Of a stretch of 64,000 nt of DNA, positions 20,623 to 31,991 are shown one piece after another. Below the pieces are notes generated by a model, which was given only the letters and a program-made list of their open reading frames with translations, had not been told where the DNA came from and did no database searches. The position numbers and the translations under genes were made by a program. This DNA comes from an uncultured Bacteroides sp. Its GTDB lineage: Bacteria > Bacteroidota > Bacteroidia > G022818785. Position 1 is the stretch's first letter; every line of letters begins with the position of its first letter. The stretch is taken from contig CAZUHH010000008.1 of NCBI GenBank assembly GCA_964620755.1, positions 123,314 to 187,313 on the forward strand, in the 5' to 3' direction.

Positions 20623-22014
20623 TTATAAGTAATTTGATATATCTGTAATATGGCCTGTTATTGCCGCTACTGCCGCAACAGCAGGACTAGTTAATATAGT
20701 ACGTGCTCCTATTCCTTGTCTACCTTCAAAATTTCTATTAGAAGTTGAAATACAGTATTCTTGATATGGAATTTTATCTTCATTCATGCCTAAACAAGCT
20801 GAACATCCTGGTTGTCTTAAAATAAATCCTGAATTTTTTAATATAATATCTATGCCTTCCTTTACTATTTGAGAAATAACTTTATTAGAGCCTGGAACAA
20901 TATAAGCTTTTACATTATCAGCTTTCTTATATCCTTTTATTATTTTAGCTACTATCCTAAAATCTTCTATACGTGCATTTGTACAACTACCTATAAATAC
21001 ATAATTAATCTTTTTACCCAATAAAATTTCTCCAGAAGAAAATCCCATATATTTTAATGCTTTTTTAAAACTTTTTTGATTATTTTTTTCAATATCTGAT
21101 AAACATGGAATAGATCCATTAATTGGCATTCCCATTCCAGGATTAGTGCCATATGTAATCATTATTGGAATATCATCAGCTTTAAAATAATATGATTTGT
21201 CAAAAATTGCATTTAGATCAGTATATAAATTAGTCCAATAATTTAGAGCATCATTCCAATATTCATCTTTAGGAGCATATATGCGATTTTTGATATAATT
21301 AAATGTAGTTTGATCAGGTTGTATTAATCCTCCCCTTGCCCCCATTTCAATACTCATATTACAAACAGTCATTCTTTCTTCCATGCTCATTTTTTTAAAT
21401 ACAGAACCAGTATATTCTATAAAATATCCAGTACCTCCATCAGATCCAATTTTATGTATTATATATAATATTACATCTTTTGCACTAACTCCTTTTTTTA
21501 AATTACCATCTATATTGATTTTCATTTGCATAGGTTTTTTTTGAATAATGCATTGGCTTGCCATAACAGTGGCAACTTGACTAGTTCCAATACCAAAAGC
21601 TATAGTGCCAAAAGCTCCATGTGTAGAAGTATGACTATCACCACAAACTATAGTCATACCAGGTAATGTTATTCCTAATTCTGCTCCTATAATATGAACA
21701 ATACCTTGATATTTATGATTTAAACCAAAAAATGTTATATCATGTTTAAGGCAATTATGAGATAAAGTATTTAATTGTTTTCTAGATAAAATTTCTTTAA
21801 CTGGTAAATGTTGATTTAATGTAGGTACATTGTGATCTGCTGTAGCTATAATTTGCTTTTTTCGTAGAATAGGCAATTTTCTTTTATCTAATTCTGAAAA
21901 GGCTTGAGGGCTTGTAACTTCATGTATAAAATGTCTATCTATATATATAATAGTATTTTCATCAATATTATCTATAATATGAGCATTCCATATTTTATCA
22001 AATAAAGTTTTCAT
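20623..22014 (-). CDS. leuC: 3-isopropylmalate dehydratase large subunit
   Basis: HEVTSPQAF, DHNVPT, GDSHTSTHGAFG, GSCTNARIED, PGCSACLGMN, STSNRNFEGRQG. Confidence 0.98.
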   Translation of the reverse strand: MKTLFDKIWNAHIIDNIDENTIIYIDRHFIHEVTSPQAFSELDKRKLPILRKKQIIATADHNVPTLNQHLPVKEILSRKQLNTLSHNCLKHDITFFGLNHKYQGIVHIIGAELGITLPGMTIVCGDSHTSTHGAFGTIAFGIGTSQVATVMASQCIIQKKPMQMKINIDGNLKKGVSAKDVILYIIHKIGSDGGTGYFIEYTGSVFKKMSMEERMTVCNMSIEMGARGGLIQPDQTTFNYIKNRIYAPKDEYWNDALNYWTNLYTDLNAIFDKSYYFKADDIPIMITYGTNPGMGMPINGSIPCLSDIEKNNQKSFKKALKYMGFSSGEILLGKKINYVFIGSCTNARIEDFRIVAKIIKGYKKADNVKAYIVPGSNKVISQIVKEGIDIILKNSGFILRQPGCSACLGMNEDKIPYQEYCISTSNRNFEGRQGIGARTILTSPAVAAVAAITGHITDISNYL

Positions 22015-22043
22015 TTTATAATCAATTTAAAAATAAAAAATTA

Positions 22044-23192
22044 TTATAAAAAATAATTCATAATTTCATGTAAATCTTCATCAAATATTTTTCTTTTTTT
22101 ATCTGCGTAGTATATAAATTTATCATATATTGCATTTAAATCATACTTGCTTAAATTATAATGCAAACATTCTAATCTATATTTTAACGCTGCTCTACCA
22201 CTCCTAGCAGTTAAAATAATAGAAGATTTATTAACACCTACATCTTCAGGATTAATAATTTCATATGTAGATCTATTTTTGATCATACCATCTTGATGAA
22301 TACCAGAAGAATGAGAAAACGCATTAGATCCTATTATTGCTTTATTAGGTTGAATAGTAATTGACATAGCGTTAGCAACTATGGAACTAGTTTTATATAA
22401 TAATTTTGTATTTATATTAGTATAAAAATTCATGTTTTTTTTTTGTTTTAATATCATAGCTACTTCTTCTAATGCAGTATTACCAGCACGTTCTCCAATG
22501 CCATTAATAGTACATTCTATTTGTGTGGCTCCATTAATAATACCTGCAATAGAATTTGCAGTAGATAATCCTAAATCATTATGACAATGAGTAGATATAT
22601 CTACTTTATCTATATTTTTTACATTTTCTTTTAAATATTTTATTTTTAATCCGTATTCATCAGGAATACAATATCCAGTAGTATCTGGTATATTTAATAC
22701 AGTCGCTCCACATTTAATTACTTCCTCACATAATTTAGCCAAAAAGTCATTATCAGCTCTACCTGCATCTTCAGCATAAAATTCTATATCTTCGACAAAC
22801 TTTTTAGCAAAACTTACAGCATTTTTAGCTATTTCTATAATTTCAGATTTAGTACTATTAAATTTATATTTAATATGTTCATTAGAAGCACCAATACCTG
22901 TATGAATACGAGGATATTTGGCATTTTTTAGCGATAGTGCTGCATATTCTATATCTTTTTTAATAGCTCTAGAAAGAGCACATACAACAGTATTTTTAAG
23001 AATTTTAGAAATATTTTCTACAGATTTAAAATCTTCAGGACTCGAAATAGGAAATCCTAATTCTATTATATCAACATTTAATGATTCTAGTTGAAGAGCT
23101 ATTTTAAGCTTTTCATTACTATTTAATTTACATCCTGGCGTTTGTTCACCATCTCTTAATGTTGTGTCAAATATCTTAATTCTTGTTTTCAT
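22044..23192 (-). CDS. leuA: 2-isopropylmalate synthase (short form without the C-terminal regulatory domain)
   Basis: [52 protein letters not shown]. Confidence 0.95.
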   Translation of the reverse strand: MKTRIKIFDTTLRDGEQTPGCKLNSNEKLKIALQLESLNVDIIELGFPISSPEDFKSVENISKILKNTVVCALSRAIKKDIEYAALSLKNAKYPRIHTGIGASNEHIKYKFNSTKSEIIEIAKNAVSFAKKFVEDIEFYAEDAGRADNDFLAKLCEEVIKCGATVLNIPDTTGYCIPDEYGLKIKYLKENVKNIDKVDISTHCHNDLGLSTANSIAGIINGATQIECTINGIGERAGNTALEEVAMILKQKKNMNFYTNINTKLLYKTSSIVANAMSITIQPNKAIIGSNAFSHSSGIHQDGMIKNRSTYEIINPEDVGVNKSSIILTARSGRAALKYRLECLHYNLSKYDLNAIYDKFIYYADKKRKIFDEDLHEIMNYFL

Positions 23193-23338
23193 AGTTAATA
23201 ATCTAAATACATTGGTATTTCTATATAACTATTTATGATATAGTTATAAAATTATTTTATACAATATTTGACTATAATATAATAAATTCAATTAATAAAA
23301 TATTGAATAATTATATTTTAAAACTAAAAACAATAATT

Positions 23339-24376
23339 TTATCTAATTTTAAATAAAATAATATCGCCATCTTTTATTATATAGTTTTTTCCAACTATTT
23401 TTTTTCGATATTTATTTAATATATTTTTATCATTATTAATAAATATTTCATTATAGTTATATATCTCTGCACATATAAATCTTTCTTTAAAATCAGAGTG
23501 AACCATATTAGCTGCATTTAATATTGAGGATCCATTTTGTAAACTCCAAGAACGTATTTCCTTATTATTTATTGTAAAAAAGACTATTAAATTAAGTAAT
23601 TTATGTGATTCCATAATTAAATTACTAATTTGAGATGAAGTTTTATATGAAGTATTTTTAATATCTATAGTAATCAATTTATAAATATTTTTTTGTAATT
23701 TTGTTCTTGAATAATTAAAAAAGTAGTTATCATGTTCATTTATATTAGCTACATATAATATAGGTTTAAATGTTAATAACAATAACTGATTTATAAATGA
23801 TTTTTCTATATCATTAAAATCTGTTATTTCATTTAAAGAAATTCCTTTTATTAAGTAAGATCGGCATTTAAGTAGTAAATTACTTTCTTTAACTAAAGAC
23901 TCAATATTAGATTTGTTGCTATTGATAATTTTGCTAATTTTTGTAATTCTTTTATCAATAATATTTATATCTTTAAACTGTAGCTCTGTATCTATGATTT
24001 CTTTATCTTTTATGGGATTTATTTCTTCATACACATGTATAATATCTTTATTATGAAAGCATCTTATAATATGTATAATTATATTAGTTCTTCTTATATC
24101 TTCTAAAAACAAATTACCTAACCCTAAACCTAAACTAGAATCTTTAATTAAACCTGCTATATCGATAAATTTTATATTACTATATACAATTTTTTTTATT
24201 TTAAATAGATTAGATAACATATTTAATCTATAATCTGGAACATTTACAATTGCAATATTAGAATTTATAGTACAAAATGGATAATTTTCAGCTTTAACAT
24301 TTTGACCAGATAATTTGTTAAATAAAGTGGATTTTCCTACATTTGGCAATCCAACTATTCCGCAATTTAAATTCAT
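23339..24376 (-). CDS. ychF: Redox-regulated ATPase YchF (Obg family), diverged
   Basis: GIVGLPNVGKSTLFN, NYPFCTI, DIAGL, GLGNLFL, C-terminal TGS-like GKNYIIKDGDII. Confidence 0.9.
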   Translation of the reverse strand: MNLNCGIVGLPNVGKSTLFNKLSGQNVKAENYPFCTINSNIAIVNVPDYRLNMLSNLFKIKKIVYSNIKFIDIAGLIKDSSLGLGLGNLFLEDIRRTNIIIHIIRCFHNKDIIHVYEEINPIKDKEIIDTELQFKDINIIDKRITKISKIINSNKSNIESLVKESNLLLKCRSYLIKGISLNEITDFNDIEKSFINQLLLLTFKPILYVANINEHDNYFFNYSRTKLQKNIYKLITIDIKNTSYKTSSQISNLIMESHKLLNLIVFFTINNKEIRSWSLQNGSSILNAANMVHSDFKERFICAEIYNYNEIFINNDKNILNKYRKKIVGKNYIIKDGDIILFKIR

Positions 24377-24395
24377 ATAATTAATGTAAAGTTAA

Positions 24396-26429
24396 TTATT
24401 TAATTACAATATTATACATTTTATATCTATCAATAAGTTTTTTCATTAAAAAATTAACATCAATACTTGTAAGAGTTTTACTTTTAGAATTTAAAATATA
24501 GCCTATTGTATATGATTTAATCTTATATTGTAGCTTTATATCATCATATATATCAAAAATAAATATATTTTTTATAATATTATCATTATCAATAGAATAA
24601 GCTATATCACATATTTTCTTAAAATTTATATTATATGGAACTATCAAGCATAGATCTCTTCTAATGAGAGGATATTTAGAATAATGATGAAAATTAATTT
24701 TATTATTATATAATTTTATCAAATTGTCATAATTTATTTCAGCATAAAATATATCTTGATTTATTTTTGATATATCATTTATTTTTTCATTGATTTTTCC
24801 TAAAAATACTAATTCATTTTTGTTATTATCAACAATTTTAATTCCGTAATTCATATAGGAACAACATAAATCATTAACAATAAAATCATTTATATGTAAT
24901 TTTCTAAAAATAGATTCAATAATTCCTTTTAACACAAAAAAATCATTTTTTTTATTTGAAATATTCCATTGATCATAATAAAGATTACCAGTAATCCATA
25001 AAGATATTTTATTTTTTTCTAAATACTTATTATTAATAAAATGATATGTTTTGCCGATTTCGTACAACATAAAACTTTTATGTTGTCTATTTAAATTATG
25101 AATAATTGTATTTATAGCACTAATAATCATATTATGACGCATCATATTAAATTCCTTACTGTAATAATTGATAATTTTTACTATATCTGTATGATTTGTA
25201 TCATTAAATAAATTAAGATATTTCATACTACTAATAGGACAAGTTCTAATTTCAAAGAAATTATTAGATATCAAATAATTAGATATATATTTTATAATTT
25301 CATTTTTATTATTATTGATTGATAATACATGATAGGGTTTAATTAAGTTAACACTGATATTATTAATGTTATATATTCTAATAATTTCTTTGAAAATATT
25401 TACTTCTCTAGTAATATCGTTTCGATAAGAAGGTATTTTAATATAAAGAAAATTATTTTTTGATTTTAAAATCAAAAAATTTAATTTTTTTAAAATTGTT
25501 TTTATTTTTTGGCAACTAATATTTATGCCAAGAATATTATTATTTTTATTTATATCATATAATATTACTTTTGACTTTGAGGGATTAAAATAATAATCTT
25601 CTAAAAGTTCGAAACTTACATTTTTATTAACTAATCTTACAATGTAAATAATTCTTTTTATTACATATCCTATTATATTAGGATCAATAAATTTATTATA
25701 ATTTTTAGAGCAAATAGTAGATATATTATATATTTTAGATATTTTTTTAATAAAAGAATAATTAAAATTAGATATTTCAAATATTACATTTTTACTATAG
25801 TTATTAATATTATAATAATCATCAGTAAACATACCTGATAAACTTATTATCCTATTTTTGTCATAAGATATAATATTTTCATTGGAAATATTAATTTTCT
25901 CATTATTATATTGTATGTATTTATATAAATTTATATTTTTAGATATATTAATAGAATTACCGTGTATTTTATCTAAATCTATAATATTAATATATTGCCC
26001 TGTTTCTAGTAAAATAAAATTTGCAATATCAAATATATAATTGAAACTTTTAATATTAACAGAATGCAAATAATCAATTAACCATTGAGGTGATAATAAT
26101 TTTAAATCAATATTACGAATAATTAATCCAGTATATCTATTATATAAATATTTCAAATTATTTGAAATATTTATATTAAATTTAGATTTATAATAAAATT
26201 CATCATCTATTAAAGGATATATTATATCTTGATTTAATATTATTGATATTTCTCTAGCCATACCAATATATGACGAAAGATCTGACCTATCCGGGGGTAT
26301 AAAAAATTCAATTGTATCATTATTTATACAAATAGATTCTATTCCTATATTATTTAACTTATTAACTAATTCAACAATAGTAATATTTATTTTTACATAT
26401 GTTTTTAAATATTTAAAAGATAATATCAT
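24396..26429 (-). CDS. pheT: Phenylalanine--tRNA ligase beta subunit, shortened and diverged
   Basis: PPDRSDLSSYIGMAREI, DIANFILLETGQ, IPSYRNDITRE, LYEIGKTY, SKYPLIRRDL plus the C-terminal anticodon-binding domain; 677 aa. Confidence 0.9.
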   Translation of the reverse strand: MILSFKYLKTYVKINITIVELVNKLNNIGIESICINNDTIEFFIPPDRSDLSSYIGMAREISIILNQDIIYPLIDDEFYYKSKFNINISNNLKYLYNRYTGLIIRNIDLKLLSPQWLIDYLHSVNIKSFNYIFDIANFILLETGQYINIIDLDKIHGNSINISKNINLYKYIQYNNEKINISNENIISYDKNRIISLSGMFTDDYYNINNYSKNVIFEISNFNYSFIKKISKIYNISTICSKNYNKFIDPNIIGYVIKRIIYIVRLVNKNVSFELLEDYYFNPSKSKVILYDINKNNNILGINISCQKIKTILKKLNFLILKSKNNFLYIKIPSYRNDITREVNIFKEIIRIYNINNISVNLIKPYHVLSINNNKNEIIKYISNYLISNNFFEIRTCPISSMKYLNLFNDTNHTDIVKIINYYSKEFNMMRHNMIISAINTIIHNLNRQHKSFMLYEIGKTYHFINNKYLEKNKISLWITGNLYYDQWNISNKKNDFFVLKGIIESIFRKLHINDFIVNDLCCSYMNYGIKIVDNNKNELVFLGKINEKINDISKINQDIFYAEINYDNLIKLYNNKINFHHYSKYPLIRRDLCLIVPYNINFKKICDIAYSIDNDNIIKNIFIFDIYDDIKLQYKIKSYTIGYILNSKSKTLTSIDVNFLMKKLIDRYKMYNIVIK

Positions 26430-26466
26430 TATTACTATATAATGTAAATATTATTTATATATAAAA

Positions 26467-26727
26467 TTATTTATATAACATATTATTTAAATATAAAGTT
26501 ACTTTAGATTTTTTATTAGCAGCATTATTTTTATGAATTATGCCCTTATTACTTAATTTATCAATCATAGAAATCAATTTTATATAATATATATTAATAA
26601 CATTTTTATCTTTTATTATAAAAAATTTTTTAATTTGAGTTCTTAATGTTTTAATATAATATTTGTTATATAATCTTCTTTTTATAGACTGTCTAATTCT
26701 TTTTAAAGATGATTTGTTATTAGCCAT
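26467..26727 (-). CDS. rpsT: 30S ribosomal protein S20
   Basis: MANNKSSLKRIRQ...SMIDKL...IIHKNNAANKKSK. Confidence 0.95.
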   Translation of the reverse strand: MANNKSSLKRIRQSIKRRLYNKYYIKTLRTQIKKFFIIKDKNVINIYYIKLISMIDKLSNKGIIHKNNAANKKSKVTLYLNNMLYK

Positions 26728-26801
26728 TTGTAAATTTTAATTTTAAAATTAATTATTTTTTTAAATATAAAAAAAGATATATTAATATATTTATATAAAT
26801 A

Positions 26802-27917
26802 TTATATTGCAAGAGGCATTATTAACATAATTAATTCAATATTATCTTTTTGATTAAATGGCATTAATAAAATAGGATTATCGTTAGTAGATATTTTCAT
26901 TTTAATATGTGAATCTGATATAACATTAATCATTTCCATTAAAGATTTTGCATTAAATCCTATTTCAATATATTTACCATTATATGAACATCTAATATTT
27001 TCACTAGAAGAACTTAGAAATTCTTTATTTTCAGCATCAATAATCATTTTATCATTAGTAATTTTAAAATTTATTTGATAATTAATTTTATTAGAATATA
27101 TAAATCCTCTTTTTAATGCATTTAAAATTTCATTTTTATTAATTATAATTTCATTATTATTATCAGTTGGTATAACTGCATTATAATTTGGAAAATCTTC
27201 TTCTATAAGTCTTGAAATTAATAAAATATTATTAATATTTATTGATAATAATTTTTCATTACAATTTATAGATAAATATTCTTCAATATTTTTATTTATA
27301 ATATTATATTTTAATGTGTTAAAAACTCTAATTGGAATGATAAAAGAATTAGCAACAGCATTATTATCATTATTAATAGAAAATTTTATTAATCTATGTC
27401 CATCAGTACTTACAAAATTTATTTTATTATCTTTTATTTCACATAAAACACCTGATATTGAAGGTCTTAATTCATCATCATTAACAATAAAAGGAACACT
27501 TTTGATTATTTCACTAAATAATAAATTATTTATTTTAATTTTTTCATTTAAATCAATGATAGGTGCAATAGGATAATCTTCACCTTTACCAATGGGAATT
27601 TTGTAAATACCCATTAAAGATTTTATTTCAATGATATTATTATTTTTTTTAAAATCAATTTCTTGATCAGGCATCGCTTTTAATGTATCTAATAATATTT
27701 TAGCAGGAATTACAAATGTGTTATATTTAATAGTATTATTGATATATATATTTGTTGACATATATGTTTGCATATCACTAGATGTTATTTTTAAAATGTT
27801 ATCTTGACATTTAAAATGAAAATTTTCTAATATCGGATATACATTATTTGTATTAATTATTCCACTTATTTTATTTAAAATATTAAATAAATATTTAGAG
27901 TTGATCGTAAAATTCAT
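26802..27917 (-). CDS. dnaN: DNA polymerase III beta sliding clamp
   Basis: 371 aa; PILENFHF, IPAKILLDTLK, DDELRP, VSTDGHRL, SRLIEEDFPNYNAVIP, IGFNAK, MLIMP. Confidence 0.95.
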   Translation of the reverse strand: MNFTINSKYLFNILNKISGIINTNNVYPILENFHFKCQDNILKITSSDMQTYMSTNIYINNTIKYNTFVIPAKILLDTLKAMPDQEIDFKKNNNIIEIKSLMGIYKIPIGKGEDYPIAPIIDLNEKIKINNLLFSEIIKSVPFIVNDDELRPSISGVLCEIKDNKINFVSTDGHRLIKFSINNDNNAVANSFIIPIRVFNTLKYNIINKNIEEYLSINCNEKLLSININNILLISRLIEEDFPNYNAVIPTDNNNEIIINKNEILNALKRGFIYSNKINYQINFKITNDKMIIDAENKEFLSSSSENIRCSYNGKYIEIGFNAKSLMEMINVISDSHIKMKISTNDNPILLMPFNQKDNIELIMLIMPLAI

Positions 27918-28620
27918 AATTATTTTTTTTTAGTAAATTAATTATCATATTTTCAAAATATTGTTTACCTTTCAAACATGCTTTAAAAACAGTATATCCT
28001 TTAAATAAAAATACTAGCAAACTAGTTGATAACATATTATTAAATAATTGTTTATCATTAATGTTTTTTACAATATTAGAATTAAACATGTAATATTTTT
28101 TATGAGTTAAAAGGTAATATTTATAACTTAACTTTTCTAAATTATAGCAATAAACAAAAAAATTGTCAATATAATAATATGAATAATTATTTTGTATACA
28201 GCTATGTGACATATAATTATTAATAACTAACATGTTAATGTTAATTTTATTATTATTAATAAATTCAACAATATCATAATCATAACTATTAATATTATTT
28301 AAAGATAATAATATATGTACATTAACATTGTTCTTTTTAATAATATTTATTAAGTCCATTATACACATTATATCTAAGTCAGAATTTATTATTACCCATT
28401 TTATTGAAAATTTGTTAATAATATTAATTAATTGACGTTTTATAAAACTATATTTTATGATATGATAATTATTATTTTTTTCAATATTATCATTATATAT
28501 CTTAGTAATTATATAACGAGATTGCAAATTAAAATTTGTAAAAATACTATTATTTAATAATATTCCTAAATTAGGATCAGGATAATAATCTGATATTGCT
28601 AATATATATTTAAAAAACAT
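27895..28620 (-). CDS. Highly diverged ORF, probable degenerate ThiD/HMP(-P) kinase homologue
   Basis: Intact 241-aa ORF. The N-terminal ILAISDYYPDPNLGILL, the IKRQL...SIKWVII segment and the C-terminal LSTSLLVFLFKGYTVFKACLKGKQY resemble the ThiD scaffold, but the catalytic Gly motifs are absent. Confidence 0.5.
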   Translation of the reverse strand: MFFKYILAISDYYPDPNLGILLNNSIFTNFNLQSRYIITKIYNDNIEKNNNYHIIKYSFIKRQLINIINKFSIKWVIINSDLDIMCIMDLINIIKKNNVNVHILLSLNNINSYDYDIVEFINNNKININMLVINNYMSHSCIQNNYSYYYIDNFFVYCYNLEKLSYKYYLLTHKKYYMFNSNIVKNINDKQLFNNMLSTSLLVFLFKGYTVFKACLKGKQYFENMIINLLKKNNYEFYDQL

Positions 28621-28632
28621 TACGTAAAATAT

Positions 28633-29352
28633 TTATAGATACTTTTTTATTATATTGTACACTTCATGTTTTAATAAAATTACATTATTATTAAATTTAT
28701 CATTGAAATTATCAATTGCGTTATGTACTATTATATCAATAGTCCCAGGCATTGATCCATAGTATATACCTGTATTATATAATATTTTATATGCATTAAT
28801 AATTGTAATAGGAATAATAGGTATTTTATGTTTTATTGACAAATAAAATGCACCATTTTTAAAATTAGATAATTTATTATTACACTTAGAAATAGTTCCT
28901 TCTGGAAAAATTATAATGCTAATATTATTAATTAATTTATTACTGCATTTTGATAATGCATTTTTTATACTTTGTTTATTTTTTCTATCTACAATTATAT
29001 CAAGATTTTTTAAAAAAAAACCTACAATTGGTAAATTGATTAATTCCTTTTTAGCAATAAAAAATACATTACCTTTACTTATTGTAAGTAATAAAAAAAT
29101 ATCTAAATAAGATGTATGATTAGCACAATAAATATATACTTTATTTTTTTGAATTTTATTTTTATAACAAATGTTTAATTTTATACCTGATAATAACAAG
29201 AATATTTTAGAAAATAATCTTCTTATGTTATTTAATGTTGTATATTTATTTTTTCTATTAAAAAATAATAAAAATGGATAACAAATAATCGACATAAACA
29301 ATAATATTGTTATAATCCAAATATAATGGATATATCTTAATATATATTTCAT
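28633..29352 (-). CDS. plsC: 1-acyl-sn-glycerol-3-phosphate acyltransferase
   Basis: NHTSYLD (HxxxxD), FIAKKEL, IFPEGT, FKNGAF, PIIPI. Confidence 0.92.
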   Translation of the reverse strand: MKYILRYIHYIWIITILLFMSIICYPFLLFFNRKNKYTTLNNIRRLFSKIFLLLSGIKLNICYKNKIQKNKVYIYCANHTSYLDIFLLLTISKGNVFFIAKKELINLPIVGFFLKNLDIIVDRKNKQSIKNALSKCSNKLINNISIIIFPEGTISKCNNKLSNFKNGAFYLSIKHKIPIIPITIINAYKILYNTGIYYGSMPGTIDIIVHNAIDNFNDKFNNNVILLKHEVYNIIKKYL

Positions 29353-29393
29353 ATATTCAAAAATAATATATTTTATTAAAAAAAATATTAATT

Positions 29394-30386
29394 ATGAAAA
29401 CATTAGTAATAGGGATAAGACCTAATGGAGAATTACATTTAGGTCATTATTTTGGTATTTTAAAAAATATGGTTTTAATGCAATATAAATTTAATTGTTA
29501 TTGTTTTATAGCTAATATACATTCTTTAAACAATAAAATTGATAACAATTTAATTAATAAATATATTACTAAAATAGTAGCACAATATATTGCAGTTGGT
29601 CTTAATCCGAATAATGTACATCTTTATATTCAATCCCAAATTGACAATATTTTTGAATTGTATTATTATCTTAGTATAAATACTTATTTGGGAGAGTTAA
29701 AAAGAACAAATTCATTAAAAGATATTATTAATAAAAATGGTAATTGTAATATAGCTTTACTAACATATCCAATATTGATGGCAGCAGATATTTTAATACA
29801 TAATGCTCATTATGCTATTGTCGGTCAAGACCAAAAACAACATTTAGAAATAGCAAAAAAAATAGCAATTAGATTTAATAAATTATATAATGTTAATTAT
29901 TTTAATTTACCAAATGCATATAATTTTGAATACAATTTAAATAATATTTTAGCATTAGATGGAATTAATAAAATGGGCAAATCTATAAGTAATAATTTAA
30001 CAATATACTTATCAGATAATCCAGATATTATTAAACGTAAAATACGTAAAGTACCTACAGATAATAGTTTACGTAAACATAATAAACCAATGAATCCTTC
30101 TGTTGCTAGTTTATTTCATTTAATGAATTTAACTTCTTCTAAGCAAACTTATAATTTTTTTTCTAATGAATATAAGAAAATGACTATTTCATATAATGAT
30201 ATGAAAAATCAGTTATCTCAAGATATTATAAATTTATTAACACCTATACAAAATAAAACTGAAGAACTATTAAATTATAAAAATAAAATTATAGATATTA
30301 TTCAAGAAGGTGCTATAAAAGCTAGAGAAAATTCAATTAATACTATTAAAAATTTAAGAGATATTATTGGAATTATTAATTTGTAA
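29394..30386 (+). CDS. trpS: Tryptophan--tRNA ligase
   Basis: GIRPNGELHLGHY, TYPILMAADIL, VGQDQKQHLE, KMGKS. Confidence 0.95.
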   Translation: MKTLVIGIRPNGELHLGHYFGILKNMVLMQYKFNCYCFIANIHSLNNKIDNNLINKYITKIVAQYIAVGLNPNNVHLYIQSQIDNIFELYYYLSINTYLGELKRTNSLKDIINKNGNCNIALLTYPILMAADILIHNAHYAIVGQDQKQHLEIAKKIAIRFNKLYNVNYFNLPNAYNFEYNLNNILALDGINKMGKSISNNLTIYLSDNPDIIKRKIRKVPTDNSLRKHNKPMNPSVASLFHLMNLTSSKQTYNFFSNEYKKMTISYNDMKNQLSQDIINLLTPIQNKTEELLNYKNKIIDIIQEGAIKARENSINTIKNLRDIIGIINL

Positions 30387-30408
30387 CACATTAATTTTAT
30401 ACTATTAT

Positions 30409-31890
30409 ATGAGTTCACATGACAATCGTCTTAAAAATTTAAACAACTTTTATAAACTTAATATTAATCCATATCCATCACAACAATACAATATCAGTCA
30501 TTATACTTATGATATTATAAATAATTATAGAAAATTTAATAAAAATGATATCGTATCATTAGCAGGAAGAATAATGAGCAAACGTATTATGGGTAAAGTA
30601 ATATTTATAAAGCTAAAAGATTCTAAAGAATGTATTCAGCTATATATTAACAAATATAATATATCTAATAATAATGTTACATATGATATAATAATAAAAA
30701 AACTGTTGGATATAGGCGATATAATTGGTGTAAGAGGACATGTATTTATTACTAAAACTAATGAAATTTCTATTAAGGTACTTAATATAGAAATTCTTAG
30801 CAAATCAATAAAAGACTTACCAATAGTCAAATACGACAAAGAAGGCAATAAATATGATGAATTTAAAAATTTTGAATTGAGATATAGAAATAGACATGTT
30901 GATTTAATAGTTAATAATGATATAAAAAAAATATTTTTTATACGTTCAAAAATTATAACTATAATAAGAAATTTTTTAAATAGAAATGAATGGCTAGAAG
31001 TAGAAACACCTGTTTTACAGAATATATATGGAGGAGCTAATGCAAATCCCTTTAAAACATATTATAAAGCTTTAGATAGAAATCTATATTTACGTATATC
31101 TAATGAACTTTATTTAAAAAGACTTATTATAGGTGGATTTGAAGGAGTATATGAAATTAGTAAAATGTTTAGAAATGAAGGTATGGATTCTACACATAAT
31201 CCTGAATTTACATCTTTAGAATTATATGTTGCGTATAAAGACTATATATGGATGATGGGATTAGTTGAATCATTATTATATAATATAGTTACAATATTAT
31301 ATAATAAAACAAATATCATATTTAATAATCAAAACATAGAATTTAAGGGACCATATTTAAGAATGACCTTTTTTGAAGCTATTAGAAAATATTGTAAAAT
31401 TGATATTAATTCATTAAATGAACAAGAAATAATAAATTTTTGTTTAAAAAATCAAATATATATAAAACCTTATTATAGTATTACAAATACTATATCTGCA
31501 ATATTTGATAAAAAAGTACAACCTTTTTTAATAAATCCAACATTTATAATAGATTATCCTGTTGATAGCACCCCATTAGCTAAAGAACATAGAAATAATA
31601 ATATGTTGTTAGAAAGATTTGAATTGTTTATTGGTGGTAAAGAAATAGCAAATGCTTATTCCGAAGAAAATAATCCTATTACTCAAAAAAAAAAATTAAT
31701 GCATCAAATATTACTTTCAAATAATAAATCTGATGATTTAGATGAAGATTTCATATCTGCATTAAGCTATGGAATGCCTCCAACTGCAGGATTAGGTATT
31801 GGAATTGATAGACTAATAATGATTTTTACAAATCAAAAATCAATACAAGAAGTTTTATTATTTCCTCATATGAGAAATGTAATTAAATAA
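30409..31890 (+). CDS. lysS: Lysine--tRNA ligase (class II)
   Basis: AGRIMSKRIMGK, YGGANANPF, FRNEGMDSTHNPEF, YGMPPTAGLGIGIDRL. I prefer the ATG at 30409 over the TTG at 30367. Confidence 0.96.
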   Translation: MSSHDNRLKNLNNFYKLNINPYPSQQYNISHYTYDIINNYRKFNKNDIVSLAGRIMSKRIMGKVIFIKLKDSKECIQLYINKYNISNNNVTYDIIIKKLLDIGDIIGVRGHVFITKTNEISIKVLNIEILSKSIKDLPIVKYDKEGNKYDEFKNFELRYRNRHVDLIVNNDIKKIFFIRSKIITIIRNFLNRNEWLEVETPVLQNIYGGANANPFKTYYKALDRNLYLRISNELYLKRLIIGGFEGVYEISKMFRNEGMDSTHNPEFTSLELYVAYKDYIWMMGLVESLLYNIVTILYNKTNIIFNNQNIEFKGPYLRMTFFEAIRKYCKIDINSLNEQEIINFCLKNQIYIKPYYSITNTISAIFDKKVQPFLINPTFIIDYPVDSTPLAKEHRNNNMLLERFELFIGGKEIANAYSEENNPITQKKKLMHQILLSNNKSDDLDEDFISALSYGMPPTAGLGIGIDRLIMIFTNQKSIQEVLLFPHMRNVIK

Positions 31891-31991
31891 AATTTGTTAT
31901 AATTTTTTTTTTTATTTATTATAAATGTACATAATATATGTATATTTTATTGTAAGAATTTATAATTGAAATAATTAATTTTTTAATAACA

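Noticed and set aside
23224-23248. Hairpin TATAACTAT-N7-ATAGTTATA upstream of leuA as a leucine attenuator
   Set aside because: The stem is almost all A/T and likely by chance at this composition, and I found no Leu-rich leader peptide.
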